DNA of 64,000 bases from an uncultured bacterium. Its GTDB lineage: Bacteria > Babelota > Babeliae > Babelales > Vermiphilaceae. Positions 1-10,067 of this stretch are shown here, piece after piece. The notes beneath the pieces are model-generated. The model saw only the letters and a program-made list of their open reading frames with translations. It was not told the origin of the DNA and ran no database searches. Position numbers and translations under genes: made by a program. Location: NCBI GenBank assembly GCA_963702025.1, contig OY969699.1:1024001-1088000 (forward strand), given 5' to 3'. Position 1 is the first letter of the stretch; every line of letters begins with the position of its first letter.

Positions 1-225
1 CTTCTAAATTATACTGTTCAAAAAAAGCAAAAGTATTCTGAATCTTTATCAAAGGCCGCGATTATGGCTGCAGAATATGGGCACTCTGACTGTCTGGAAT
101 TGCTGTTAAATCATGGCGCGGTAGTAAAAAATAAATATTATTGCGGCTTAACAGCAATGCAATTTGCGGTCAAAAATGGACATACATCATGCATTGAACT
201 TTTAAAGAGTAGAGAAAACGCATAA
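1..225 (+). CDS. Ankyrin-repeat protein, 3' part (runs off window start)
   Basis: Frame 1 translated by hand: ...AAIMAAEYGHSDCLELLLNHGA...GLTAMQFAVKNGHTSCIELLKSRENA*, two ankyrin repeats; not in the ORF track. Confidence 0.85.
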   Translation, partial: LLNYTVQKKQKYSESLSKAAIMAAEYGHSDCLELLLNHGAVVKNKYYCGLTAMQFAVKNGHTSCIELLKSRENA

Positions 226-334
226 ATTGTAAGGATATCAGATTTATGAAAGTACTATCAATCAGTTCGAAGCTTGCCCTAATAGTAGTAATTTTATGCG
301 GAGCAATCCCTCTCGCGGCAATGAGAACTATTCC

Positions 335-1564
335 CTTAAGTTCGGACAATTTCATTTTAACAATTCCTAAAGGCTCTTAACCAAACAACATCATCTGAAT
401 TATTTTCAAGCAGATGGAATTCAACTTGACGTAGTGCTTTCCGAAGTTTGGATCGAGAATATGAATAAATCATATTAAGCAATAAATGCAAACCGCTGAA
501 CTTAAGCCTTTCGCGCTTCGTGAGCACTTGTAATCGCAGCATTTCGCCTATCAAAATCAATAGATTGTAGGCAATTAATCCAATGAGGAGCATTTTAAGG
601 AGATTGCCTAAAGTTTTATTCATGATTTTTGTAAAGCCCAATTTATCTTTTATATCTTTGAAACTTTCCTCTATTTTCATGCGTTTTTTATAGTATTTTA
701 AACCTTCACTTGGCTGACAATCTGTAATTATATACATTGGCTCAGGCATATTGCTTTGCCATTCAGCAGCAATATTTACTTTGATTTTCCCTTTATAATA
801 AACCCCTTTCCAATTTTTCTTTGAGCCGCGAGTAATAGAAATGTTAATCCTGCTGCCTTTTTTGTCAGTAATAATAATTTGGTTTTTTCCAGCACTTATT
901 TTTAAGCGTATTGAATAATGAATTTGATGTTTATGAAAGAACTTGATCATCTCCTCATTGCAAAGTTCACGATCAATGACAATTATCTTACTCTGAAGCA
1001 AAGGAATTAATGGGCGTAAAGCTTCTTGAATAAGCTTCCACTTTCCAGTTGCGCTCTCAGCAATGATTGAAGAAGATATTACATCAGCAAATATTATTTT
1101 AGATCTTCCTTTGAATGGTACACTCAGTGCCAATATGCTGTAGCCAAGTGTTTCTCCATCTTTTAAATATCCAATATAAGCAGTGCGTTTAGCATTTTTT
1201 CGAGTCATCTCAGTAAAATCGAGCAATAGGATATCACTCGCTTGGTCCTGAAATGACAAAAGAGCTTCTGAAAGCTGAGAAACTTCTAATTTATTTAGAG
1301 ATCTTGTGATGTTTTTATAGTTAGATTCATACTTGCCGGGTGATGCAGCAGAAATGCTGGAAATTCTAAGCTTTTTTGCTTGTTGGAACCCCCAAATCAT
1401 CGATCCGATGAAGTCGGCAACATGAATGTTAAATACTTTTAGCGAATTAATCATTTTTATGATATCTTTTTTGGCAATCATGATTCTCCTGTTTTTGGTG
1501 TTTCTTTGTTTTTTTTAAAAATACACCAGAACAGGAGTCTCTTCTATTTATGTCCGAACTTCAG
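335..1564 (-). mobile_element. IS4-family insertion sequence
   Basis: 14-bp terminal inverted repeats CTTAAGTTCGGACA (335-348) and TGTCCGAACTTCAG (1551-1564), 1 mismatch, enclosing a transposase; no target duplication seen. Confidence 0.85.
357..1481 (-). CDS. IS4-family DDE transposase
   Basis: LLLDFTE, VIDRE and the YREK motif YKKRMKIEESFKDIK. Confidence 0.9.
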   Translation of the reverse strand: MIAKKDIIKMINSLKVFNIHVADFIGSMIWGFQQAKKLRISSISAASPGKYESNYKNITRSLNKLEVSQLSEALLSFQDQASDILLLDFTEMTRKNAKRTAYIGYLKDGETLGYSILALSVPFKGRSKIIFADVISSSIIAESATGKWKLIQEALRPLIPLLQSKIIVIDRELCNEEMIKFFHKHQIHYSIRLKISAGKNQIIITDKKGSRINISITRGSKKNWKGVYYKGKIKVNIAAEWQSNMPEPMYIITDCQPSEGLKYYKKRMKIEESFKDIKDKLGFTKIMNKTLGNLLKMLLIGLIAYNLLILIGEMLRLQVLTKRERLKFSGLHLLLNMIYSYSRSKLRKALRQVEFHLLENNSDDVVWLRAFRNC

Positions 1565-1585
1565 TTTTATTAAATTGAGGTTTTT

Positions 1586-1978
1586 ATGAAATTGTTTAAC
1601 CTATTTCTTCTTACCCTTCTTGCACCTACCAGTTTTGCTTTTGCGCGATACGAAGTTCACAACCGTGCAGAAAAAGTAAATACCCCCTTCACCATCACGC
1701 TGCCCTACCCGGCATCATGGAAAATAGATGTGGGCTATGAAGACCGGGCACCATTCAAAAATGCAATATTCCTTCAGTATCCTCAACCGGCCATTTCTTT
1801 TGATCAAGAAATATGCGCGCTGCCTTCAAAGCCCGGAGAATGGGGAATAAAATCCTGCACGTTTACTGCGTGCATTCGCGGCGCAGCAACGATTACGTTT
1901 AGCTTGCCATACAAGACAGAAAATGCAGAAATCCCTGATAATGTGGTAATTACCTATCATATCGATGGACTAGAGTAA
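1586..1978 (+). CDS. Exported protein, possibly chagasin-like (I42 cysteine protease inhibitor fold)
   Basis: Signal peptide; FTITLP..W and PGEWG...TFTA...G.ATITF pattern. Confidence 0.5.
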   Translation: MKLFNLFLLTLLAPTSFAFARYEVHNRAEKVNTPFTITLPYPASWKIDVGYEDRAPFKNAIFLQYPQPAISFDQEICALPSKPGEWGIKSCTFTACIRGAATITFSLPYKTENAEIPDNVVITYHIDGLE

Positions 1979-2028
1979 AATCTGAATTTTAATTTGGCTT
2001 AACGTCATAAATAGCTTCTTTAGAAGGA

Positions 2029-2997
2029 TTGATTACCTTGAAAAGGTTAAATATTTTATTCTTTGCTTCGTCTTTATTCTGCATGCCAATAACTGCTATG
2101 CAGAAAGAAAACCTAGCTTTGAAGGAGATAATTTATTCTCGGAAGCTTGAACGGGAAGATCAATCTGCCTGCCAATATTATTTGGATGCTTCAAATACCC
2201 AAGGTGAATTCTCAATAATTGGAATATTGCAAGGATCAGAACTAAGGAGTGCTAGTCAATTGCTTACTTTTTTTGATCCCGGAATGCTTAAAAAATTAAA
2301 TGCAGCTCTTTTAATTGTCGAAAAACCTGGTATAACACATACGAATTTTGATAAAGATTGTTATTTACGAATGAATAGTCTTGACCGACGTGCGCAAGAT
2401 TTTGAAATGGTATTAAATCATATACGTGTAACAAATCCTGAATGGAATAATAAATTATTTTTATGTGGAATTTCAGAAGGGGCTACTCTTGGTGCATTTC
2501 TAAGTGAACGGTTGGTAGAAACTAAAGGATTGATAATGTTTTCTGGCGGTTGTGGCATGACCTTGTGTGATGAAATTCTATTGTTAGAATTAAAAAAACC
2601 TTCGATGGGAATAGTTGATATCAGTAAAAAATATGGAATGATGTGTTATATAAAAATAATGATTTTTCTGGCAAAAATATTTCCTAATAGTACCTATACC
2701 TGTATTGGTGGAACTAATACCCTTAAATATTGGAATTCCATTGCTCATTATAATCCGGCATCAAGTTTACAAAAGCTTTCGATTCCCCTTTATCTTGCAC
2801 ATGGGAGTTCTGATGTTGATTGCCCAATAGAAAGTGCTGAGGCATTAGTTAACTCTTTTGCTCAATTAAAAAAGACAAATTTATATTTTCAACGGTACGA
2901 GAATTTGGATCATAATTATTTTGATTCTGATGGTAAGACTTATTGGAATTCTGTAATAGATGATGCATTTGCATGGGCTTTGAGCAATATACATTAA
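2029..2997 (+). CDS. Exported alpha/beta hydrolase
   Basis: Signal peptide; GISEG nucleophile, HGSSD, LDH triad motifs. Confidence 0.85.
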   Translation: MITLKRLNILFFASSLFCMPITAMQKENLALKEIIYSRKLEREDQSACQYYLDASNTQGEFSIIGILQGSELRSASQLLTFFDPGMLKKLNAALLIVEKPGITHTNFDKDCYLRMNSLDRRAQDFEMVLNHIRVTNPEWNNKLFLCGISEGATLGAFLSERLVETKGLIMFSGGCGMTLCDEILLLELKKPSMGIVDISKKYGMMCYIKIMIFLAKIFPNSTYTCIGGTNTLKYWNSIAHYNPASSLQKLSIPLYLAHGSSDVDCPIESAEALVNSFAQLKKTNLYFQRYENLDHNYFDSDGKTYWNSVIDDAFAWALSNIH

Positions 2998-3068
2998 AAT
3001 TTGAATTTTAATTTTTTTACACAATGGTTCACAAATAACTAAAGTTATTCGTGAACCATTGCGCGGAG

Positions 3069-3524
3069 CTAATTTTTGACTATGGCAATACCACATAAAA
3101 TAATCTTAAGAGCTTCATCTTCACCAAGCATCAAAGGCATATCTTTAATTTCTTCCGGCCTTGCCCAGATATAATTAACATGTTCATGGGTAATGCGTAC
3201 CACCGGCATTGATGCTAAGTTAATTTTAAATAAATGGTACGTAAAATCTGCCGTTGATACGCGCACATAAAATGTACCAAAGAATTCTAACACAATTGAG
3301 GGATCAATATGGATGCCCGTCTCTTCAAATAATTCCCGCCGCGCTGCTTGCTCGGGGGTTTCATGCATTTCTACTTTTCCGCCCGGGCTCCCCCATGCGC
3401 CAGCATGCCGTTCACGCGAACCTCTCTGCAGAAACAAAAATTTTCCATTGCATTCAACGTAGCAACCAGTTGTCTGTCCGCGCGAATTAAAATCTGTAGG
3501 CTTACTGGTATGTATTTGTATCAT
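3069..3524 (-). CDS. NUDIX hydrolase
   Basis: Nudix box GGKVEMHETPEQAARRELFEETG. Confidence 0.92.
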   Translation of the reverse strand: MIQIHTSKPTDFNSRGQTTGCYVECNGKFLFLQRGSRERHAGAWGSPGGKVEMHETPEQAARRELFEETGIHIDPSIVLEFFGTFYVRVSTADFTYHLFKINLASMPVVRITHEHVNYIWARPEEIKDMPLMLGEDEALKIILCGIAIVKN

Positions 3525-3570
3525 ATCAGTCCTCTTTCATAGCGGTAATATTTTAGCAAATCACCATTCA

Positions 3571-4383
3571 TCATGCGTCATGTTTTACTGCTAATTTTTG
3601 TAGATCAACATCCTCAATAGAAACAATGCAACGCAAAATAGGAAATTCGGCATTTATTCTGCTTTGTATCTTCTGAGCAAGATCTTGAGAGAATTTATTT
3701 AGTCCAATTGGTAGTATTTCTAGATGGTCATAATTGGGAGCCGTGTAAGCAATGCAATCAGAACCAAACTCCCGTATAATATTCCCAACATTGTCACGTG
3801 CATCAATAAAATCATTGATTCTTTGCTTTTCTGCTATTGCTTTTGTAATCGTGTGCGGAGATTCGTTTTTGTAATTCATTATTTCATGGTCGGCACCCAA
3901 AGATAGAAGAGTCATAATATTCTCTACATTGCGCTCAATTGATTCTTTAACTGCATCAAGGAGAGGAGTATTGCCTTCTGCATCTTGCTTATTAATAAGA
4001 TTACTAGGGTTATTGAATGGTGGGTTTGCGTGCGCCAGAAGCGTAATGATGGCAGGATTTCCAAATCGTGCAGCAATATGCAGTGGTGTTTTATAATCAT
4101 CATATCTGGAACTTGCTTGAACAAAGCATAATGCTCGGCATACTCCATTAAAATTTTTGTCTTTAATTGCATCTAAAAGGCGCTCTTTCCACATAAGTTC
4201 TTCTTTTTTTTCTTGAACATAAAAAGGCCACCCGTGAACTTCATTGCTTGGAGTAATGCCGTACGCAAGCTTCTGGAAACGTTCCTTGATAGTTAAACTG
4301 TCTTCAGAAGGAATCATGCCATTCATTTTTGCGCATGAGATTAGCACTATTATCAATGCATAGATATTTTTTGTTATTAGCAT
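3571..4383 (-). CDS. Exported ankyrin-repeat protein
   Basis: Signal peptide; KTPLHIAARFGN, GNTPLLDAV. Confidence 0.85.
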   Translation of the reverse strand: MLITKNIYALIIVLISCAKMNGMIPSEDSLTIKERFQKLAYGITPSNEVHGWPFYVQEKKEELMWKERLLDAIKDKNFNGVCRALCFVQASSRYDDYKTPLHIAARFGNPAIITLLAHANPPFNNPSNLINKQDAEGNTPLLDAVKESIERNVENIMTLLSLGADHEIMNYKNESPHTITKAIAEKQRINDFIDARDNVGNIIREFGSDCIAYTAPNYDHLEILPIGLNKFSQDLAQKIQSRINAEFPILRCIVSIEDVDLQKLAVKHDA

Positions 4384-4735
4384 TTTTGTCCTAATATCTT
4401 TAAAAATTTATCGATTTTGACAGTCAAAGTATATATTTTTTTGGCTATACTGAACAATAATAATCGCGTTTAAAATAATGCGGGTAAAATTTTTTAATTA
4501 CCGGTATTGCAATAGTGCCATTCGACAATGTAATTGCAAATATCTTTTGGTATATGAGGAAGGCAGGCTTTCTTACTTGACAAATATAGGACAAGTAATA
4601 ATAATTATATAATTAAAAAATCATCTATTTTAAAAAGAATATTTTGTTAATAAATAAATAATAGCACTATTATAATTGGCCATGCGATCATTGCATAGGT
4701 GGGATAAGCCAAAGCCATTAAAGAAAATCAATATC

Positions 4736-5257
4736 ATGAAAAGTAAGTATTTTTTTGTATTCATTTTTAGTGTGTGCCAATCTTTTGCAGTGCCTATTCA
4801 GTTGTATAAATATGGCACTATTAGTGCGCGGGCTATTGTCGGTACTTTTCTGGTAGCATCTTCAGTATTAGATATAGCTAAAGAGCATAAAACAATAAAA
4901 GTAATTAACAAGCTTTATAAAGAAGGCCATTATGGGTCATTAATGAACGGTTTATATGGGATAATAAAATATCATAAAATTGATTGTGCGATGGTGCAAG
5001 ATGTTGATCGCAGATGTCGCCTGGCTATCCTAGAAGAAGAGGACAGGGAATCATATACTGCAAAATGTACTGAGTGGCGAGCAAAAGAATTAAAAAAAAT
5101 GAGAGAAAAATTGTGCATTGAAGAAGTACTGCCTGCTCTTAAAAAGCGACATCAAGAAATAGATATTGCCGGTAAAAGATTACCAAATACACCGGTAAAA
5201 CTTGCCTTTTTAGCAGTAGGCCTTTTTCAGTTGCAAAAAGCTATCACTCAAAGATAA
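4736..5257 (+). CDS. Hypothetical exported/membrane protein, paralog of the IS-disrupted gene downstream
   Basis: Start moved to MKSKYFF (signal-like); C-terminus LPNTPVKLAFLAVGL resembles LPNTLLRLSFAITGL of the 6415 ORF. Confidence 0.7.
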   Translation: MKSKYFFVFIFSVCQSFAVPIQLYKYGTISARAIVGTFLVASSVLDIAKEHKTIKVINKLYKEGHYGSLMNGLYGIIKYHKIDCAMVQDVDRRCRLAILEEEDRESYTAKCTEWRAKELKKMREKLCIEEVLPALKKRHQEIDIAGKRLPNTPVKLAFLAVGLFQLQKAITQR

Positions 5258-5306
5258 AAGACTAAATATGTTGGAATGATTGTTATGAATAGTAAAGTTT
5301 ATATTA

Positions 5307-6401
5307 GACCTTATGCGTAATAAGAAGTAATTTTTTGTAATTCTTTGAAATTTTTGGTAAAAAAAGGTCGGATCAAACTCAGAAAAGGAGACCCGACCAG
5401 TGAAATTTCTTGATAAACTTAGCAGAAAAGAAAACATATTTCAACGTATTGTTGGCTTAAATTTTAAACAATTAGACCAGCTGACCAAAGCAATAAAACC
5501 ACTCTGGGAAAAGTCCGAAAAAGAAAGACTAGATCGGGCAGAACGAAAGCGAAGCATTGGCGGTGGCCACCCGTATAAACTTGAGACTTTACGCGAAAAA
5601 ATTATTGCCACTCTAATCTACTACAAGCAATATCCAACTCAGGAATTTTTGGGGATAATGCTTGGAATCGATCAAAGTGCTATATCAAGGCTTCTTCAGA
5701 AGATGCTACCGCTCATCGAATATGCGGCCGATCCAGAATTAAGAACTTATTTAGCTCAAGCAAAAGAAGATTGGGAAAAGAAAAAAGTAAGCAATTGGAA
5801 TGAATTTTTTCAAAAGCATCCTGATTTGAGAGATGTGTCGGAAGATGCCACAGAACAACAATGTTTTAGAGCCACCAATTATGAGGAACAAAAAAAATAT
5901 TATTCCGGCAAATCAAAACAGCATGCGATAAAAACTCAAATAGCTGTTTCTTCACGTGGACGCATTCTTGATGTATCAAAATCATATCCTGGAAGTGTGC
6001 ATGATAAAACAATCATCGATGAAGAAGAAACTATTAAAAAATTTCCCGAAAAAATTTCTCAAAGATTTGATTTAGCATATCTAGGAGCCAATAAAGATAG
6101 TCCAGAACATTATATTATTTTACCGGTCAAAAAACCGAGAAAAGGAGAACTAACAGAGCTTGATAAAGAATATAACAGGGCCAATAGTAAACGAAGAGAC
6201 GTAGCTGAACATGCATTATCCAAAATTAAAAAATTTAGGATGCTTGCAGGAGTGTTTAGGCAGTCTCTGAAGGGGTATAATCAAGCGTTTAGAAATGTTG
6301 TAGCTTTAGTTAATTTTAAACGACAAAATTCTGTGACGGCAGCATAAAAAATGGGGATGGGGGAAGTGTTATCTTAAAAAATTTTTATTACGCATAAGGT
6401 C
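5307..6401 (+). mobile_element. IS5-family (ISL2-like) insertion sequence
   Basis: Perfect 17-bp TIRs GACCTTATGCGTAATAA / TTATTACGCATAAGGTC flanked by a TA duplication (5305-5306, 6402-6403). Confidence 0.92.
5400..6347 (+). CDS. IS5/ISL2-type transposase (HTH plus DDE)
   Basis: DATEQ, YSGKSKQH, PGSVHD, FDLAY, VAEHALSKIKKF. Confidence 0.92.
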   Translation: MKFLDKLSRKENIFQRIVGLNFKQLDQLTKAIKPLWEKSEKERLDRAERKRSIGGGHPYKLETLREKIIATLIYYKQYPTQEFLGIMLGIDQSAISRLLQKMLPLIEYAADPELRTYLAQAKEDWEKKKVSNWNEFFQKHPDLRDVSEDATEQQCFRATNYEEQKKYYSGKSKQHAIKTQIAVSSRGRILDVSKSYPGSVHDKTIIDEEETIKKFPEKISQRFDLAYLGANKDSPEHYIILPVKKPRKGELTELDKEYNRANSKRRDVAEHALSKIKKFRMLAGVFRQSLKGYNQAFRNVVALVNFKRQNSVTAA

Positions 6402-7017
6402 TATTTTTATTGTTTTGCTTGGCCAAATAAGTGCGATCAATGCCGCGCCGGCATATAAATTTATGTTTAATAGTGGTAAAGTGGTGGCCGGTAGTTTATT
6501 GGCAGTAAAAATGGGCTACGATATTGGAAAAAATCTCTACTTTCTTAATAAAAAAAATAAGACATTCAAATATTGTGACGAATTACTGAAAAACAAACAA
6601 TATGATCACATGATTACGATTTGTTATCGTGACCAGGAACATAGAAAGCAAATAGATCGACAGATTGAAGCTACTGTAAAGCATGAGTTTTTAATGCTGG
6701 AATATTCACCGCACAAAGAAGATATAGAATTTGCTGACTCCTTAAAAAATAATAAGGAAAAGTATTATGAATGGAAAAGGCAAATTATAGAAAGAGAGCA
6801 AGAGAAATTTTGCAACGAAGTTATTATGCCTGGCTATAGAAATAAATATAATGTTGACGAAGCACATAAGTATAACATTTCTCTTCCTAATACACTTTTA
6901 CGCTTGTCATTTGCGATTACTGGCTTAGATATAGTGAAAGACGGCATTCAACATATCGTTCGATAGAATAATTTGGAAGTTTTTATAGATGCTAAAACCA
7001 AAAGAAAATGAGCAATA

Positions 7018-7878
7018 ATGAACATAGAAACAGGGATTGTACAAGTAGGGAAATTTCAACTTCGCTATCACGCGGAAGGGAAAGGACCAATAGCGCTTGT
7101 AATCGGCGGCTCCATTTATTATCCGCGTATTTTTTCTCAAAATTTGCGTAATTCATTACGTCTTGTTTTTGTTGATCATAAGGGGTTTGTTTTGCCAGAT
7201 AGTACCGTTGATATATCTGAATATGATTTTGAAATTATTTTGGATGATATTGAGCGTGTGCGTGATCAACTTAATTTAGGGCGCATCATTATAATTGGCC
7301 ATTCTGGCAATGCTTTTATGGCACTTGAATATGCCAAAAAATACCCAGAACATGTATCGCATGTTGTTATGCTTGGCACAGGGCCAAGTTTTAGTGATAT
7401 AAATACGCAAGCTGTTGAGCAGTATTGGCAAGAATCAGTATGGCCCGAACGAAAGGCAGCACTTGAGCAAAATTTAAAACGTTATCCCGATGCACTGCTG
7501 AATGAATTGACTCCCGGGCAGCGATTTATCGCAAACTATATAAGACTTGGGCCAAAGATTTGGTTCGATTTTAATTTTGATTCATCTCCCTTGTGGGCCA
7601 ATATTAGTCTTAATATGCCGATGATTGATCACGTATGGGGAGTTGTATTTCGTGATATTGATATAACTCAAGGATTAGAGAATTTCAACAAACCGGTGTT
7701 TCTTGGGCTTGGCCGCTATGATTTTATTGTCGCGCCGCCCAATTCTTGGGATACAATTCGGCCAAAATTTAAGAATATTACGGTTCGTGTTTTTGAGCAT
7801 AGCGGGCATACACCACCCTATGAAGAGCCAAATTTATTTGACCAAGAACTTTTGGCTTGGCTGTCTCAAAATTCATAG
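7018..7878 (+). CDS. Alpha/beta hydrolase (proline iminopeptidase-like)
   Basis: GHSG nucleophile, GRYD, SGH motifs. Confidence 0.85.
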   Translation: MNIETGIVQVGKFQLRYHAEGKGPIALVIGGSIYYPRIFSQNLRNSLRLVFVDHKGFVLPDSTVDISEYDFEIILDDIERVRDQLNLGRIIIIGHSGNAFMALEYAKKYPEHVSHVVMLGTGPSFSDINTQAVEQYWQESVWPERKAALEQNLKRYPDALLNELTPGQRFIANYIRLGPKIWFDFNFDSSPLWANISLNMPMIDHVWGVVFRDIDITQGLENFNKPVFLGLGRYDFIVAPPNSWDTIRPKFKNITVRVFEHSGHTPPYEEPNLFDQELLAWLSQNS

Positions 7879-7886
7879 CAATGAGA

Positions 7887-8594
7887 TCAATTATTTGCTG
7901 GCGGTGTAACGATCAGTAATCCAATATCTCTTTGTGTGCCATCGTAATGCCCTGAAAAGAATTTTTCGAATACCGGCCAACGTCTATGATACAGCAATGT
8001 GATATTGTTAGATTGTAAAATTGATTCGCACGCACAAAAAAATGCTATCTCTTTGAGTAAATATTGAGATCCTTCATCAAGCACGGCTTCTGTTACAACT
8101 TGCTTTTTCTGGCTATATCCCTCAATAACTTTTGCTGTTTCTGCGCGCACATCTTCATAGAACTCTCTATTATTCTTATAGAGCGCATTAATATATGCAA
8201 GCTGCTCCCGGTATTGTGCAACATGTTCAATATCGTGATTCCAGTCCATAATTTGAAAATCAGTTGAAAGATATTCCTCATTGACGGCTTGAACAACTCG
8301 CGCGCTATGATTTTTGAGCCCATTTCCTTTTTGGCGTGCTTTTCGTGCTGCCAGGATTGGGGGGTAGCCAAGCGCCATATAGGTATGCGTTGCAGGGATG
8401 TCGGGAGTCCAAATAATCACTTTGGTGAATTCTTTTGCGGCAAAAGCGATAAGATCATGAATGATTTGCTCTTTAAAATAGCTATTGCCGGGGCTCATGC
8501 CAATAATAGCAGTTCCTTTGTTTTGAGTGGCTTTGTAGCCATTTTCAAAGCATTTTCCGGGTAAATTCTTGTGTATCTCCATAAAAACCTCCAT
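7887..8594 (-). CDS. tRNA-dependent cyclodipeptide synthase (CDPS), NYH subfamily
   Basis: IIGMSPGNSYF (catalytic Ser, Asn), YLLKE (catalytic Tyr/Glu), LYH; ~235 aa, typical CDPS size. Confidence 0.9.
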   Translation of the reverse strand: MEVFMEIHKNLPGKCFENGYKATQNKGTAIIGMSPGNSYFKEQIIHDLIAFAAKEFTKVIIWTPDIPATHTYMALGYPPILAARKARQKGNGLKNHSARVVQAVNEEYLSTDFQIMDWNHDIEHVAQYREQLAYINALYKNNREFYEDVRAETAKVIEGYSQKKQVVTEAVLDEGSQYLLKEIAFFCACESILQSNNITLLYHRRWPVFEKFFSGHYDGTQRDIGLLIVTPPANN

Positions 8595-8597
8595 CTA

Positions 8598-9272
8598 TTA
8601 ATTATTTTCAGATAGAAATATTATAGCAAGGAAAAGAAGGCTTGGCAAGGGGGCTATTGCTTTAAAAGCCGAAGGATTTGGGTTTGTGGCAATATAATCT
8701 AAGATAGTTTGGGCGGCTTCTTGAGGTGTCATTTTCGAGGTATCAATTTCAAGATCATATTTTTTACCGTGCGAATGAACCAGTTCAATGAGTGATCGGC
8801 CCAGACCAATTACTCGGTCATTTCTTTCATGTTCACGCTTTTCTATCACTTCCACGGGAGCCTTAATCCCAATAAAATAAACGATATGATCTTTTAATAC
8901 TTCAAGGTAATCAGTTAAACGATTGTTTTCAAACAGAACTTCATCGACAATAATTTTATTACCCGTATCGGCAAGTGCTTTGATGCATAATGGCATCGCT
9001 TTAAAAAGACGTTTGCCATATTCACCAATGTGCAATTTGATTGGTTGTTCCGGGTCTTTTGTAGTTTCAAAGAGAAGGCCGTCATGCGCTCTAGCGCCAT
9101 GGATCATAAACTGCGGTGGCAACATCTCTAAAAAAAATGAATCAATTCCGGTATATATGAGCGGATCTTGAGAAAGCGTTTGTAACGCTCGTGAAATTGA
9201 GGTTTTTCCGCTGCTGCTTGTCCCATTCAGAAATATGATGAATGGTTTATTTTCGATATGATTTTGTTCCAT
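8598..9272 (-). CDS. Chloramphenicol phosphotransferase-like P-loop kinase
   Basis: IIFLNGTSSSGKTS, IIVDEV, REHERNDR..GLG, YDLEIDTS; start uncertain because an in-frame signal-like segment without ATG lies upstream of MEQ. Confidence 0.85.
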   Translation of the reverse strand: MEQNHIENKPFIIFLNGTSSSGKTSISRALQTLSQDPLIYTGIDSFFLEMLPPQFMIHGARAHDGLLFETTKDPEQPIKLHIGEYGKRLFKAMPLCIKALADTGNKIIVDEVLFENNRLTDYLEVLKDHIVYFIGIKAPVEVIEKREHERNDRVIGLGRSLIELVHSHGKKYDLEIDTSKMTPQEAAQTILDYIATNPNPSAFKAIAPLPSLLFLAIIFLSENN

Positions 9273-9360
9273 TGTTTGGCAAGCGAATGTTAAAAACAGT
9301 ATGCCCAGCAAGGCAGTGATCTTTAATTTATGCTGATGGTCAATTGGCTTGCTTAAAAAC

Positions 9361-9996
9361 TTATGGCTTTGGATCAAAGTATCGCCGTTTGTAGTGCTGC
9401 AATTCTTTGAGTGCTTCAAGTGCATTGCCATGCGCGCTAGGCTGCTCGGAGCTAACATATAGACCTCGGGGATCCCAAAGCTGGACCAACTCGGTGATTG
9501 GAAATCCAAATGCTTTTATGCTGATACGCTTTGCAAGATCGCCCATTTCGTCTTGCATGATGTCACCGCGACCCCAGAAATCATTCATATAGGCTTCTGG
9601 TTTTAAGTTCGGAAAATGCGTATCAATAAATGAAATAAGCGCAGCTTCGGCCTTATGACTTTCTACTGTTGCTGCTTTTAATTTTTCCAACAATCCTGAC
9701 TTGGCATATTCTTCTTTTAATGGGCCTTCTATCCGTTCCAAAAGCCATGCCGGTCGTTTAATTATATATGACTCGCTTTCAATAATATTCAACTGCTTAT
9801 CAGTAATAATTGCCGCAATCTCTAATACGCGATTATCTTTTTTTTGATCAAATTGCCGATTTGAGGTTTTGCAACCGAGCCACAGCAGTTTTTTGTCCTG
9901 CTGCGCAGGATTTTGTTCTTGTTGCTCCATTGCATAAACGAGTGGACTTATAACTAACATTATTACGATGTATGCATTGAGACCTGTATTCTTCAT
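9361..9996 (-). CDS. Exported oligoribonuclease (Orn)-like protein with degenerate DEDDh site
   Basis: Signal peptide; LLWLGCKTS...RVLEIAAIITDKQLNII and C-terminal ELQHYKRRYF align with Orn. Confidence 0.75.
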   Translation of the reverse strand: MKNTGLNAYIVIMLVISPLVYAMEQQEQNPAQQDKKLLWLGCKTSNRQFDQKKDNRVLEIAAIITDKQLNIIESESYIIKRPAWLLERIEGPLKEEYAKSGLLEKLKAATVESHKAEAALISFIDTHFPNLKPEAYMNDFWGRGDIMQDEMGDLAKRISIKAFGFPITELVQLWDPRGLYVSSEQPSAHGNALEALKELQHYKRRYFDPKP

Positions 9997-10067
9997 CCTA
10001 ATTCCTTGTTAAAAATTATTTCGTTATACTTATCATCATTCAAATATTACGATAGAGGAAAACAAAA

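Larger units (their letters stand above)
5285..6966 (+). pseudogene. Gene interrupted by the IS5-family element (5285-5306 joined to 6404-6966)
   Basis: Removing the IS and one TA copy restores an open frame MNSKVYIIFIVLLGQISAINAAPAYK... with a signal peptide. Confidence 0.85.

Noticed and set aside
325..1575. Target-site duplication for the IS4 element
   Set aside because: Flanks (AACTATTCC versus TTTTATTAA) do not match
9273..9509. Long N-terminal extension of the kinase ORF as given in the track
   Set aside because: Overlaps the Orn-like gene by ~150 bp and does not look like real coding sequence
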